Source of the DNA: Anaerobutyricum sp.
GTDB taxonomy: Bacteria; Bacillota; Clostridia; Lachnospirales; Lachnospiraceae
Length of the DNA: 64,000 bases
Reading direction: 5' to 3'
Assembly: GCA_963638365.1 (NCBI GenBank)
Contig: CAVHRK010000025.1
Coordinates: forward strand, 30,705 to 94,704
Position numbers and translations under genes: made by a program. Below are positions 49,005 to 59,268 of the stretch, piece after piece. The notes under the pieces were generated by a model that worked only from the letters and a program-made list of their open reading frames with translations, did not search any database and had not been told where the DNA came from. Numbering within the stretch: position 1 is the first letter of the stretch; each line of letters begins with the position of its first letter.

Positions 49005-49855
49005 TACTGCTGCACCTCCCTTGATCTGGTTGCTCTAAGCTGGAACAGGGAAATGAAGATGACCAGTGCACAGAAGATCACAGCCTTCGCCTGTCCGTAT
49101 CCCTTCCACTGCATACCGGAGCGTGCATAGAAGGTATTATAAATATTAAGCGCCATCATATCGGTCATATGGTTCGGATCCCCGCCGGTCAACGCAAGGT
49201 TCTGGTCGAACAGCTTAAAGGAATTCGTTAAGGTTAGGAAAATACAAATGGTAACAGAAGACATTACCATGGGAATTTTAATTTTAAATAAGGTCTGCAG
49301 GCGGTTTGCTCCGTCAATTTCGGCTGCTTCAATCAGGGAATCCGGAACGTTCTGTAAGCCTGCAATGTAAATAATCATCATGTAACCAATCTGCTGCCAT
49401 CCCATCAGGATAATCAGTCCCCAGTAGCCTGCGGTTGCATTTAACGCAAGTAAGGGCTGCTCTAAAATCGTCATCACGCAGTTAATCAGGATCTGCCAGA
49501 TATAACCAAGCACGATACCGCCGATGAGGTTTGGCATAAAGAACACGGTACGGAAGATATTCGTTCCGCGTAATTTCTGTGTCAGTAAAACGGCAAATGC
49601 AAATGCCAGGATATTAATACTTAAAATGGATACCACCGCAAACAATACGGTAAATCCAAACGCCCTCTGGAAAGAAGTATCCGTAATTGCTGCACGGTAA
49701 TTCGCAAGTCCTACCCACGTCGCATTTCCTACTGTTGTAAATTTACAGAAGGATAAGTATAAGCCCTCCACAAACGGAACAATAAATCCGATGATAAATG
49801 CAGCCAGCGTGGGCAGAATAAATATAACTGCATGTTTCTTTATTGCCTTCTCCAT
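49004..49855 (-). CDS. Sugar ABC transporter permease (MalF-like)
   Basis: EAA loop EAAEIDGANRLQTLFKIKIP. Its stop shares one base with the downstream permease start. Confidence 0.9.
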   Translation of the reverse strand: MEKAIKKHAVIFILPTLAAFIIGFIVPFVEGLYLSFCKFTTVGNATWVGLANYRAAITDTSFQRAFGFTVLFAVVSILSINILAFAFAVLLTQKLRGTNIFRTVFFMPNLIGGIVLGYIWQILINCVMTILEQPLLALNATAGYWGLIILMGWQQIGYMMIIYIAGLQNVPDSLIEAAEIDGANRLQTLFKIKIPMVMSSVTICIFLTLTNSFKLFDQNLALTGGDPNHMTDMMALNIYNTFYARSGMQWKGYGQAKAVIFCALVIFISLFQLRATRSREVQQ

Positions 49856-49880
49856 AACATAACCTCCATCATTACCCAGT

Positions 49881-49977
49881 CACTAAATTTGCACTTCGCT
49901 CTGCTTGTGCTCATTAAGTGTCCGGGTACCGTTCTCACTAAGCTCAGACTTCTCCTTCGGCTCGTCTTCACTAAGTG
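49881..49977. repeat. Four copies of CA(C/T)TAA(G/A) in the binding-protein/permease spacer
   Basis: cactaaa at 49881, cattaagtgtcc at 49912, cactaagct at 49936, cactaagtgttc at 49969. CACTAAGTG is itself a near-palindrome. Confidence 0.4.
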
Positions 49978-49983
49978 TTCTAC

Positions 49984-50020
49984 ATGAAAATGGGCAGACA
50001 GTGTTTTCTGCCTGCCCATT
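49984..50020 (-). terminator. Intra-operon hairpin (partial terminator or attenuator) just after the binding-protein gene
   Basis: 9-bp stem AATGGGCAG / CTGCCCATT (49989-49997 and 50012-50020). The T-run on the minus strand is short. Confidence 0.5.
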
Positions 50021-50033
50021 CCGGTTTCTTTAT

Positions 50034-51422
50034 TTACTGCTGATTGGCAAGCTCATATTCGGTTGCCCATCCATCTACGAATGCACTTACTACTGCATCC
50101 CAGTTTGCATCGGTTTCATCTGCTGCATAAGCGGTTAATGCGGCTCCTACACCATTCTTCCATTCTTCAGAAGGCATAGTTGTGAAGTTCCATGATACGG
50201 GTGTCTTGCCGGCTGCGGTATATTCGCTATCCTGCTTTACAAATAAGTTCGGAGATTCCTTTGCGTTCTTGAAAGGAATAACAAATCCCATTTCATCAGA
50301 CATGGAAGTGGTTCCCTTATCGGAAGTTACGCACCAGTACATAAAGTCAAGGGTTGCCTGAATGTCATCTGCGGAAGCCTCCTTGTTTACACACCAGTAG
50401 TTTTCTGTACCTGTACAAAGTCCCTGATTTGCTTCATCACCAACACCGATGTAAATCGGGATCATGGCAAGGTCATCATCGGTAAACTTACCGTCACCAA
50501 CTAAGTTTCCATATTCCCAGGAACCGTTCTGGAAGAATACTGCCTGCTTATTTAAGAATTCATTTCTGGAATCATCACCGGTCTTTGCTGCAAGTTCCTT
50601 GCCGCTGCAGGTGCTATTATTCACATACAGATCCCAGATGTTACGGTATGCATCAAGGTAGGTTCCTTTGATGGCCGGAGTAGATCCGATACCGTCTTCC
50701 TTATATTCGAAGTAGATCGGAAGGTTTGCAAGATGAGTCTTAAATCTCCAGTCGGAAGATCCGTCCATACCTGCGGAGGTAAATGCTGCAAAGCCAAGTT
50801 CGGAAGAACGGCTTGTGATGTCTTCTGCAACCTTCTTTAAATCTGCAAAGGACTTAATATCGTCTATGGTGTAACCGGCATCTGCAAGTAAGGTCTTGTT
50901 GCAGATCAGTCCGTAAGATTCAATAACATATGCGATACCGGAAACTGCATCGCCATCCTTTAATGCGAAATCTTCGCTTGTCAGTTCGCCATATACAGCG
51001 GATCCGGAAAGGTCATAGCAGTAATCTTTCCAGTTAGCAAGACCAACCGGTCCGTTTACCTGGAACAGAGTCGGAGCTCCGCTCTTTCCCATTTCACTCA
51101 TCAGTGTCGTTTCATAATTTCCGGAAGCGGCTGTTACAACAGTAACCGGTACTCCGGTTTCTTCGGTATAAGCCTTTGCCAGCTCCTGCCACTGTTCATC
51201 CTGCTCCGGTTTGAAATTCAGATAATATACAGATCCCGCTCCGGTACCTGCTGCTTCGCCTTCGGAAGCATCTGTGCTTTCTGCTGCATCTGTTGCTTCT
51301 GTTGTGGTATTTTCGCTGCTGTCATTTGCAGAGTCTGTAGAGGTGCTTCCGCATCCTGCAAGTACTCCGGCTGTCATTATTGCTGCCATTCCAAGGGCAA
51401 GCCATCGTTTTACATTTTTCAT
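50034..51422 (-). CDS. ABC sugar-binding lipoprotein (maltodextrin-type locus)
   Basis: Lipobox LAGC, a low-complexity Ser/Thr/Ala/Glu linker, then a family-1 SBP body. Confidence 0.9.
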   Translation of the reverse strand: MKNVKRWLALGMAAIMTAGVLAGCGSTSTDSANDSSENTTTEATDAAESTDASEGEAAGTGAGSVYYLNFKPEQDEQWQELAKAYTEETGVPVTVVTAASGNYETTLMSEMGKSGAPTLFQVNGPVGLANWKDYCYDLSGSAVYGELTSEDFALKDGDAVSGIAYVIESYGLICNKTLLADAGYTIDDIKSFADLKKVAEDITSRSSELGFAAFTSAGMDGSSDWRFKTHLANLPIYFEYKEDGIGSTPAIKGTYLDAYRNIWDLYVNNSTCSGKELAAKTGDDSRNEFLNKQAVFFQNGSWEYGNLVGDGKFTDDDLAMIPIYIGVGDEANQGLCTGTENYWCVNKEASADDIQATLDFMYWCVTSDKGTTSMSDEMGFVIPFKNAKESPNLFVKQDSEYTAAGKTPVSWNFTTMPSEEWKNGVGAALTAYAADETDANWDAVVSAFVDGWATEYELANQQ

Positions 51423-51543
51423 AGTAGTCCTCCCATTTCTTTTATGGTCCGCACCTTTCTGGAAGAGTGCGTTTCTTTGTTTTGTTGTACTTATCTTATC
51501 AAAAAATATGAAGATCCATTATCAATTATTCAACCTCAAATGC

Positions 51544-51585
51544 AAAAAAATAAACCTGACATATTTTGACATTCAGGTTTATTTT
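51544..51585 (-). terminator. Rho-independent terminator after the sensor-associated binding protein gene
   Basis: Stem AAACCTGA / TCAGGTTT (51552-51559 and 51573-51580). On the minus strand it is followed by ATTTTTTT. Confidence 0.75.
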
Positions 51586-51617
51586 GAGTAATCTTATTAA
51601 ATTTACAAATGCTGCAT

Positions 51618-52919
51618 TTACTGCTCGTTCTCAAACTCCTGCACACTCTCATCTGCCATCCGGACAAAATCCTGTGGCGTGATCTTCTGCCCAGCAAGAA
51701 GCGGCAGGGCAACTCCCAGCGTCTCTTCCTGTAAAATGGAATTCCACTTTACCTGATAGTTGGGAACGATCTGCTTTGCCCCCGAAAAGGCCTTCAGATA
51801 ATCCTTTAATACCTGTGGTTTGTCCGTCAGATCCTGATTAAAGAGGGTTTCCTTCTCTTTCTTATTATATTCTGTCCGGAACTTCAGAAATTCCACCGCT
51901 GCTTCCTTTACTTCCTCGGGATAGCCGGAAACAACCGCCCATCCAAAGGTTTCGGGGGATGCCACCAGTGTCTGCTCAGGAAAAGAAGAAAACCGTACCT
52001 CATCCCCCCGGTTTTCCGGGATCTGGTCAATCATCCAGTAACCATTCGGGATCATGGCTGCTTTACCGGAGAAGAAATTGGTATACGCCACATCATAATC
52101 CGCATGCAGTGCATCCTCTGTCGTATAGGAAAACAGCTTTTCCAAAACCTCTGCAAGGTACAGGCCGCTTACATTGTCATAGCTTTCCGGAAGCATCTCC
52201 CGCATAAAGTCTGCCCCTTCTTCGCTTTCTGCCACGGCTGCGGTTGCAATCAGCATCGGTGCCCAGCCGGTTCCTTCCGTATGAAGGGCAAGAGGCGTAA
52301 TTCCATGTTCCTTTAAGGTATCACAGCATTCCCAGAATTCTTCCCAGGTTTCCGGGAAATGATCAATTCCTGCCTGTGCAAACAACTCCTCATTCCAGAA
52401 CATGCCGGAACAGGTAAATGCCGATGTACTGATCGGTCCCAGATATACTTCTCCATCCGTATAGGTGCACCCCTGCAGCACAAACGGTTCGATGTTCGTC
52501 TTCCAGGAAAGATCCTTCTCAAGATAAGGTGTCAGGTCTTCAATTCGTCCCTCTTCGACCATCATCATATAAAAAGAAGGAACCGTACATACATCATAAA
52601 TGATTGCAGGCAGGCTGTCCGTTGCATTCATCCGTTTGAGGTTTTGCCGGTATTCCTCTTCTGTTTCCAGTACCCATTCCACATCGAGGTAATACTGCCC
52701 CGCATAGGCTTCATTGAATGCATCGGCAAGCTCCTGGTTGTTCTTCCTGCCCGTGGTCGGATCTACCGTGAAAATAATCGGAATCGAAATCACACTGTTT
52801 TCTTCCTCAACGGTGCTTTCACTCTCCGTCCCTGCACACCCTGAAACGATCATACCGCATAACATCATAAGAAGAAAGAATGCCATGCCTTTCCTGCAAT
52901 TTCTATGAATTCTCTTCAT
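51618..52919 (-). CDS. Extracellular solute-binding lipoprotein co-transcribed with the two-component system
   Basis: I prefer the MKRIHRN start (GAAGGAG 7 nt upstream). Lipobox VSGC. SBP family-1-like body. Confidence 0.8.
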   Translation of the reverse strand: MKRIHRNCRKGMAFFLLMMLCGMIVSGCAGTESESTVEEENSVISIPIIFTVDPTTGRKNNQELADAFNEAYAGQYYLDVEWVLETEEEYRQNLKRMNATDSLPAIIYDVCTVPSFYMMMVEEGRIEDLTPYLEKDLSWKTNIEPFVLQGCTYTDGEVYLGPISTSAFTCSGMFWNEELFAQAGIDHFPETWEEFWECCDTLKEHGITPLALHTEGTGWAPMLIATAAVAESEEGADFMREMLPESYDNVSGLYLAEVLEKLFSYTTEDALHADYDVAYTNFFSGKAAMIPNGYWMIDQIPENRGDEVRFSSFPEQTLVASPETFGWAVVSGYPEEVKEAAVEFLKFRTEYNKKEKETLFNQDLTDKPQVLKDYLKAFSGAKQIVPNYQVKWNSILQEETLGVALPLLAGQKITPQDFVRMADESVQEFENEQ

Positions 52920-54711
52920 GCTGTTCTCCTTCCCCCGGAATCTCGATTCTGCAGGTCGTTCCATCCGGTTCTGCCCGGTAAGTAAACCGGACCTCTTCCC
53001 CGTATTTCAGCCTCAGTCTCGTCAATACATTGCTCACCCCGTAGCCGTTTTTCGCATTCTTCGGAAACAGCTTTCTGGCTTCCGACAGGGGCCTTCCGTT
53101 CAACGCATTGATCTTTTCTGCCATTTCCCCTGCAATGGGTGTTCCACTGTTATAAACCGTAAGAATCAGCATGCCGTCCTGCTTATACACATGAATCCGG
53201 ATCTGACCGCCCTCATAGATTTCACAGAAGCCGTACTTGATCGAATTTTCCACTAGTGGCTGTAAAATAAGCTTTAACACCCAGGTTTCTTCCGGATCCA
53301 CTTCACAGTCCACCGTATAGGTAAACAGATTTTCATTCCGGATCTGCTGGATCTGCAGATAGCTCTTCACATTTTCAAGCTCGTCGCCCACCGTGACGAT
53401 CTCACTTCCCTTGCTTAACGAAAGCCGCAGATACTTGGACAGAGCCTGAATCATATTCATCGTGGTTTCTTCTTTATTAATTCTCGCCAGCATATAAATC
53501 GTATCCAGCGTATTATATAAAAAATGTGGATTGATCTGGCTGATCAGCATATTCAATTCACTGGTACGCAGCTCCTTCTGCTGGGTTCTGATCTCATCTA
53601 ACAGCTCTTTAATATTGGCAAGCATCTTGTTATAGGCATTTCCGATCTGGTCAAGCTCGGTGTTCGTATTTAAATGAATGAGTTTGCCAAAATCCTCCCC
53701 GTTAAATTCCGTCATGGCCCGGTTCAGTTCTTTGATGGGCTTTGTGAATTTGCTGGAGAAATAAATACTCAATACCACCGCAATCGCAATCACCAGCAGA
53801 TAAATCGCAAACAATACCCGGAATACCTTTATGAATCCGGCACTTAGCACCTTCTCCGGTACAAGGGTAAAAACCGAAAAGCCACATTTTTCCTGTTTAT
53901 AGACGGATAACACGCCTCCACTTATTTTCTCGTTTTGTACAATGGAGCCAACCTCTTCCGTCTGTGCATAATCTGCCAGAATGGTTTCCTGCTCCTGTGA
54001 TAACGTGAACCCCTCCGGATACCAGTACGCACAGATTCTTCCCTGCGGATCCATAATACCGACCGCTGCCTCCTGTGTCAGATTCTCCTCTTCCGTCAGG
54101 AGACTGTGCAAAAATTCCGGATCCATCTTAAAGAACAGATACCCCGGTTCATGCGCATAATTCAGACTGTGCACCTTGCGCCCAATAAACAGCGCCTCTT
54201 CGCCGGTTCCAAACAGATAATCCTTCGTGACAAACCATCTGGTATCGGCATAGGAATCCCCGAGCTGTTCCACAAGCAGGCTGTCTGCAAAATACTGATA
54301 GGGAATCTTTGAATAGGAACGGGTATACAGGTTCTTCTTATTGTCTACATAGCAGTATTCCGAAACATGATCAAGGTCTATGTAGGCAAAGTATTTGCTT
54401 AAGGAATTGCGCGCCACCTCTTCCATGGGCTTTGCCTTAAGACTCTGCTGCACCTGATCGTTCAGAATACATTCTTCGGTTACCTTCTCGGTCTTCTGAT
54501 ACAGTGTATCGAGTGAAATCCCTGTCTTTTCATTCATAAAGGTGTATTTGTCCGTGACGATCCCCATCATGATATTACGCATATAAAACCAGACTCCAAC
54601 GCTTGACAAAAACAGGGCAAGCAGAAGAAGTCCGATCGTGTATTTCAGATATTTTCTTTGAATTCCGGAGGTTGTTTTCTTCATCTTCATATGCTGAATT
54701 CTTACTACCAT
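52903..54711 (-). CDS. Sensor histidine kinase (YesM-like)
   Basis: Two TM helices flanking an extracellular domain, a HAMP region, the NPHFLYNTL box (His_kinase PF06580 type), and an HATPase C-terminus. Confidence 0.9.
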   Translation of the reverse strand: MVVRIQHMKMKKTTSGIQRKYLKYTIGLLLLALFLSSVGVWFYMRNIMMGIVTDKYTFMNEKTGISLDTLYQKTEKVTEECILNDQVQQSLKAKPMEEVARNSLSKYFAYIDLDHVSEYCYVDNKKNLYTRSYSKIPYQYFADSLLVEQLGDSYADTRWFVTKDYLFGTGEEALFIGRKVHSLNYAHEPGYLFFKMDPEFLHSLLTEEENLTQEAAVGIMDPQGRICAYWYPEGFTLSQEQETILADYAQTEEVGSIVQNEKISGGVLSVYKQEKCGFSVFTLVPEKVLSAGFIKVFRVLFAIYLLVIAIAVVLSIYFSSKFTKPIKELNRAMTEFNGEDFGKLIHLNTNTELDQIGNAYNKMLANIKELLDEIRTQQKELRTSELNMLISQINPHFLYNTLDTIYMLARINKEETTMNMIQALSKYLRLSLSKGSEIVTVGDELENVKSYLQIQQIRNENLFTYTVDCEVDPEETWVLKLILQPLVENSIKYGFCEIYEGGQIRIHVYKQDGMLILTVYNSGTPIAGEMAEKINALNGRPLSEARKLFPKNAKNGYGVSNVLTRLRLKYGEEVRFTYRAEPDGTTCRIEIPGEGEQHEENS

Positions 54712-56291
54712 TCTTTCTTATATTCGGTGGGAAGCTTCCCGGTGTATTCCTTGAACAGATGGGAAAAGTAAGAAGGATTGCTGATTCCGATCTGTTCACA
54801 GATTCCTCCGATACTTTCATTTCCGTTCTGCAAAAGCTTCTTAGCCTTTTCCATACGGCACTGTAGCAGGTATTTTTTAAAGGACATCTGCTGACTTTCC
54901 TTAAAGACTCTTCCAAAGTAAACAGGATTTAAATACACATGCATGGCAACCGCCACAATCGAAAGGTCCTCTTCCTGCAAATGCTCATCAATATAGGCCA
55001 TGGCTTCTGCCATATATTCCCGGCTGCCCTTCACCTCATGGCTTGCGGCATAGTTCTTTCGTTCCTCAACCGCCCGGCACAGAATCTTGTAGCTCACATC
55101 CACTTCCTTTGAGGCACTTAAGTTCTGCATATTGGAATAATAATTCTGGAACTGCTTTTTCAGTTCCTCTGACATGCCATAAGTCTCTTCCAAAAAGACC
55201 TCTGCATCAAGCATGACCGTGTGAAGTCTCTGGCGCTGTACCTCCTCCTGCGCAGGCAATGTGTACAGGAAATGCACAAAAGCCTCCTTCAGAGCCTTTT
55301 CATCGTTCTTGCGAAGTGCGTTTGCAATCTGCTGTTCCTCCGGCGCTGAGGGGTCTTTGGTATACTGGGAGGCACTTTCCATATAAACAGTAAACGAACC
55401 GGAACCGGCTTCACTTGCCATGGTAAACAGCTCGCAGGCCTCATCGTAACTTTTCCGGATTCCCGGAAGTCCCTTATACGGCTTGGAAATCGAAGCAATG
55501 ATCGGACTCTTTAATTCCTCCTTCGCTTCCTCTAAAAGGTGCTTTAAAGCAAGCACCGTAGCATTCTCCTTCGTGCGGATCAGGTAAACATGCGTCTCTC
55601 CCTGCCCCTGTAAGCTTAAATAAGCAAACCTCTCCCGCAGCTTTTCCTCCAGAAAGGACTTCAGGGCAAAACGCGCCGCCTCATATTCCAGGGTATTCGT
55701 AATTTTGTACGCCAGATCAATATCCGCATTCACTGCAATAAATCGGTCTTCCTTTTGGAGCGGCTGTTCCACGGTTTCAAAAACTTCGGTCAGTTTATCA
55801 AACGAAATCTGATTGAGCAGATACTTCTGTACAATGACCTGCAAAAAGCTTGTCGCATCCTTCTTTACCAGCTTTTCCCAGTTCTCCATACGCTCTTCCT
55901 TCGTCCGCTTTTCCATACAGGTGCGGTACGCATTCTGCATGGTTTCCTGCAGCTTTTCATCCTCAATCGGCTTTAACAAATAAGCAAACGCACCGAGATC
56001 GCATGCCTCCTTCGCATACTCAAAATCCCGGTACGCACTTAATACGACAAACAGGCACTCCTGTCCTGTCTGCCGTATCATATCCATCATCTCTAATCCG
56101 GTCATCTGTTTCATCCGGATATCGGTCAGTACCACATCGGGCTTTTTCTCACGGATAACCTCAATTGCCTGCTCGCCGCTTAATGCCGTACCAACCACCT
56201 GAAATCCCATCTGATCCCAGTCGTAGGTCTTAAGCAGGCCCTTTAATAAAATCGGTTCATCATCTACAATTACAAGATCCAATAATTTCAT
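54705..56291 (-). CDS. Response regulator with AraC-type HTH output (YesN-like)
   Basis: Receiver domain (VIVDDEP.., ..DVVLTDIRMKQM..) and a C-terminal AraC HTH (..ISNPSYFSHLFKEYTG..). Confidence 0.9.
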   Translation of the reverse strand: MKLLDLVIVDDEPILLKGLLKTYDWDQMGFQVVGTALSGEQAIEVIREKKPDVVLTDIRMKQMTGLEMMDMIRQTGQECLFVVLSAYRDFEYAKEACDLGAFAYLLKPIEDEKLQETMQNAYRTCMEKRTKEERMENWEKLVKKDATSFLQVIVQKYLLNQISFDKLTEVFETVEQPLQKEDRFIAVNADIDLAYKITNTLEYEAARFALKSFLEEKLRERFAYLSLQGQGETHVYLIRTKENATVLALKHLLEEAKEELKSPIIASISKPYKGLPGIRKSYDEACELFTMASEAGSGSFTVYMESASQYTKDPSAPEEQQIANALRKNDEKALKEAFVHFLYTLPAQEEVQRQRLHTVMLDAEVFLEETYGMSEELKKQFQNYYSNMQNLSASKEVDVSYKILCRAVEERKNYAASHEVKGSREYMAEAMAYIDEHLQEEDLSIVAVAMHVYLNPVYFGRVFKESQQMSFKKYLLQCRMEKAKKLLQNGNESIGGICEQIGISNPSYFSHLFKEYTGKLPTEYKKEW

Positions 56292-56394
56292 CGTTGCTTC
56301 CCCATATATAAACCTATGATTTCATCTCTTTCAGTTTACCTGCCTGATACAAAAAATCATACCAATTGTCATACACGGAATGCCAAAAATCATA

Positions 56395-58230
56395 CTATTT
56401 GGTCTGATTCAGGATTTCCATAAACTCTTCTCCTGTAATGGTTTCCTTTTCATACAGGTATTTGGCAAGTTCGTGGAGTTTGTCCTGATGGGAGCTTAAA
56501 AGCTCCATTGCGGTGCTGTAGCCCTGCTTTACCAGGGAAATCACCATATCATCAATCTCTGCGGCCTTCTGCGGAGAACAGCTTAAGGTAGCGTCTTCTC
56601 CAAGATACGCATTGTTCTGGGTTTCAAAGGCAACCATACCGAATTCCTCACTCATGCCGTACCGGGTAATCATCGCCTTTGCAAGCTTCGTTGCCTGCTC
56701 AATGTCATTGGAGGCCCCGGTGGTAATGGAATGGAAAATCAGTTCTTCGGCACATCTTCCACCTGTGAGGGTTGCAATCTTATTCGTAAGCTCTTCCTTC
56801 GTCATCAGGTTATGCTCCTCGGCATCTACCTGCATGGTATAACCGAGTGCACCGGAGGTACGGGGAATAATTGTAATCTTGGTAACCGGTGCGGACTGTG
56901 TCTGCAAAGCAGCCACAAGGGCGTGCCCGATCTCATGGTAGGATACAATGAGACGTTCCTTCGTGGACAGGACTTTATTCTTCTTCTGATAACCGGCAAT
57001 AACGGTTTCAATACTCTCTTCGAGGTCTGCCTGGGTAACAAACTTACGGTTCTCACGGACTGCACGGAGTGCGGCTTCATTTACCATGTTGGCAAGCTCT
57101 GCGCCGGAGGCTCCGGAAGCGGCTCTTGCAATGGCATTGAAATCCACCTGGTCTGCCAGTTTTACCTTGCGGGCATGTACCTTCAGAATTTCTTCTCTTC
57201 CTTTTAAATCCGGAAGTTCCACAGGGATTCTCCGGTCAAAACGTCCGGGACGGAGTAACGCCGGATCCAGACTGTCCGGACGGTTCGTTGCAGCCAGAAT
57301 CACAACCCCCTTCGAAGCATCAAAGCCATCCATCTCGGTCAGTAACTGGTTCAGGGTCTGCTCCCGTTCATCGTTACCGCCATAACCACCGCTGTCACGC
57401 TTTTTACCAATCGTATCAATCTCATCGATAAACACAATACAGGGAGCCTTTTCATTCGCCTGCTTAAACAGGTCACGCACCTTGGAAGCCCCCATACCAA
57501 CGAACATCTCTACGAATTCCGAACCGGAAATTGAGAAGAACGGTACACTGGCTTCTCCTGCAACAGCCTTGGCCAGTAAGGTTTTACCGGTTCCGGGAGG
57601 TCCAACGAGAAGTGCCCCCTTCGGACATACCGCACCGATTTCCTGATACTTTGCAGGGTTATGCAGGAAGTCAACAATTTCGGTTAAAAGCTCTTTGGCT
57701 TCGTCTTCTCCTGCTACATCATTAAAGGTAATTCCGGTTGTGGATTCCACATAGACCTTGGCATTGCTTTTTCCGAAGGACATAAACGGATTTCCTGCTC
57801 CGCCGCCTCCCATCTTTTTCATCATGTAATTGCTAAGGAGCTGTCCGAGTCCCCAGAAAATCAGGATCGGGAGAATCCATACCAGCAGGAAATTTAAGAT
57901 CGGGTTCATTTCCTTCTCTGCGACACGGCCGAACTCACAGCCTGCATCCTCCAGACGGTTCACAAGATCCGGATCATCGAATGTTGTGGTCTCGTAATAC
58001 TTCGGCTCTTCCTTATTGTTGTCCACAAAATAAATGGAATCACCGTTTAACTCTACCTTGGACACTTCCTTATTTTCTACCATGTTAAGGAACGTTCCGT
58101 AATCCACTTCCGTGATCTGATTTCTTCCGATGAGTAACGGGAACAGGAAGGTATTGAGCAGAATCAATACCACCATCGCCACAAGGTAATAAAACAATAA
58201 TGGTTTCTTGGGTCTTTCAACTTTTTTCAT
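56395..58230 (-). CDS. ftsH: ATP-dependent zinc metalloprotease FtsH
   Basis: Two TM helices, Walker A GPPGTGKT, Walker B VFIDEID, SRH region, and zinc motif HEIGHAL. Confidence 0.95.
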   Translation of the reverse strand: MKKVERPKKPLLFYYLVAMVVLILLNTFLFPLLIGRNQITEVDYGTFLNMVENKEVSKVELNGDSIYFVDNNKEEPKYYETTTFDDPDLVNRLEDAGCEFGRVAEKEMNPILNFLLVWILPILIFWGLGQLLSNYMMKKMGGGGAGNPFMSFGKSNAKVYVESTTGITFNDVAGEDEAKELLTEIVDFLHNPAKYQEIGAVCPKGALLVGPPGTGKTLLAKAVAGEASVPFFSISGSEFVEMFVGMGASKVRDLFKQANEKAPCIVFIDEIDTIGKKRDSGGYGGNDEREQTLNQLLTEMDGFDASKGVVILAATNRPDSLDPALLRPGRFDRRIPVELPDLKGREEILKVHARKVKLADQVDFNAIARAASGASGAELANMVNEAALRAVRENRKFVTQADLEESIETVIAGYQKKNKVLSTKERLIVSYHEIGHALVAALQTQSAPVTKITIIPRTSGALGYTMQVDAEEHNLMTKEELTNKIATLTGGRCAEELIFHSITTGASNDIEQATKLAKAMITRYGMSEEFGMVAFETQNNAYLGEDATLSCSPQKAAEIDDMVISLVKQGYSTAMELLSSHQDKLHELAKYLYEKETITGEEFMEILNQTK

Positions 58231-58233
58231 ACG

Positions 58234-59103
58234 CTATCCTCTCTTTTGCTTTTTATATTGTTTGGGCGTACACCCGGTAATGCACTTAAATTTCCTGTTA
58301 AAATTGGATAAGTTCTTAAATCCACACTGGTAAGCGGCCTCTGCTACTGCGGTTCCATCAAGGATCCTTTCACACGCCTTCTGGATCCGCAGGCAGTTCA
58401 GATACTCAATTGCTCCCATCCCGGAAGCCTCCCGGAACTTCTGCATGAAATAGCTTTCACTTAAATGAACCTGCCTGGCAAGCAGCTCTATGGTAATCGC
58501 TTCTTCGTAATGCTCTGCCATATAGTCAAGCACGGTACGGATCTCTCCCCAGGAATCGGTTTCCTGCTGGTAGATGATGGTCCCGGACTTCCCGGCATAC
58601 CACAGGAGCCGCAGCAGCTCTCCTTTCATCAGTAGGTCCGTCTGTGCACGGTTCTCCTTCGCGCAGAAAATGATATGCTCCGCACATTCTTTTAATTGCA
58701 GATAACAGGAGTTGTCGGTATGGATCGGAAGAATCCGTGCCGTTCCCCGACAGAGCGGAAAGATCATCTCCGTATAGCACCGGTCCTCATTGCTGCCAAA
58801 CATCTCGGTACTGAATACCACCGTGTCATAGCAAAGTCGTCCGTTTGTTTCAATCGCGTGCAGCTCTTCCGGCCGGATCAGTAAGATATCTCCCGGACCG
58901 ACCTCCACTTCCCGGTCTCCGATTCTCATGATCCCTTCACCATCTGTTACATAATTCAGTTCCCATTCCACATGCCAGTGAAGCGGCACGAACGGAAAGT
59001 AATCCGGAATCCAGCTTTTATAATAACTGTATGGCACAAGGTAGGAGCTGTGCTTACGCTTTTCATGTGCATTTGGTTCAAACAGTTCCTGATTTTCTGC
59101 CAC
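58234..59103 (-). CDS. AraC-family transcriptional regulator with N-terminal cupin domain
   Basis: Cupin-like N-terminal half and a C-terminal double HTH (..ESYFMQKFREASG.., ..GFKNLSNFNRKFKCITG..). Confidence 0.9.
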   Translation of the reverse strand: MAENQELFEPNAHEKRKHSSYLVPYSYYKSWIPDYFPFVPLHWHVEWELNYVTDGEGIMRIGDREVEVGPGDILLIRPEELHAIETNGRLCYDTVVFSTEMFGSNEDRCYTEMIFPLCRGTARILPIHTDNSCYLQLKECAEHIIFCAKENRAQTDLLMKGELLRLLWYAGKSGTIIYQQETDSWGEIRTVLDYMAEHYEEAITIELLARQVHLSESYFMQKFREASGMGAIEYLNCLRIQKACERILDGTAVAEAAYQCGFKNLSNFNRKFKCITGCTPKQYKKQKRG

Positions 59104-59125
59104 GCGCTCCCTTCCTTTCCAAATA

Positions 59126-59159
59126 CCATAGAATTGTACTATTTTTCCATAGAATTATA
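59126..59159. promoter_or_regulatory. Direct repeat CCATAGAATT(G/A)TA x2 with 21-bp phasing in the AraC/GH13 divergent region (candidate AraC operator)
   Basis: Copies at 59126-59138 and 59147-59159. A 21-bp spacing is two helical turns, as is typical for AraC-family direct-repeat sites. Confidence 0.45.
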
Positions 59160-59268
59160 GTAGAATAATCCTATTTAAGATAGTATTGTATCGTTAGAGA
59201 CAGGGAAAATCAATTCCCTTACCGCAGATTTAATAAAAATTTTAGATCCTGAATGATGGAGGTTACCT

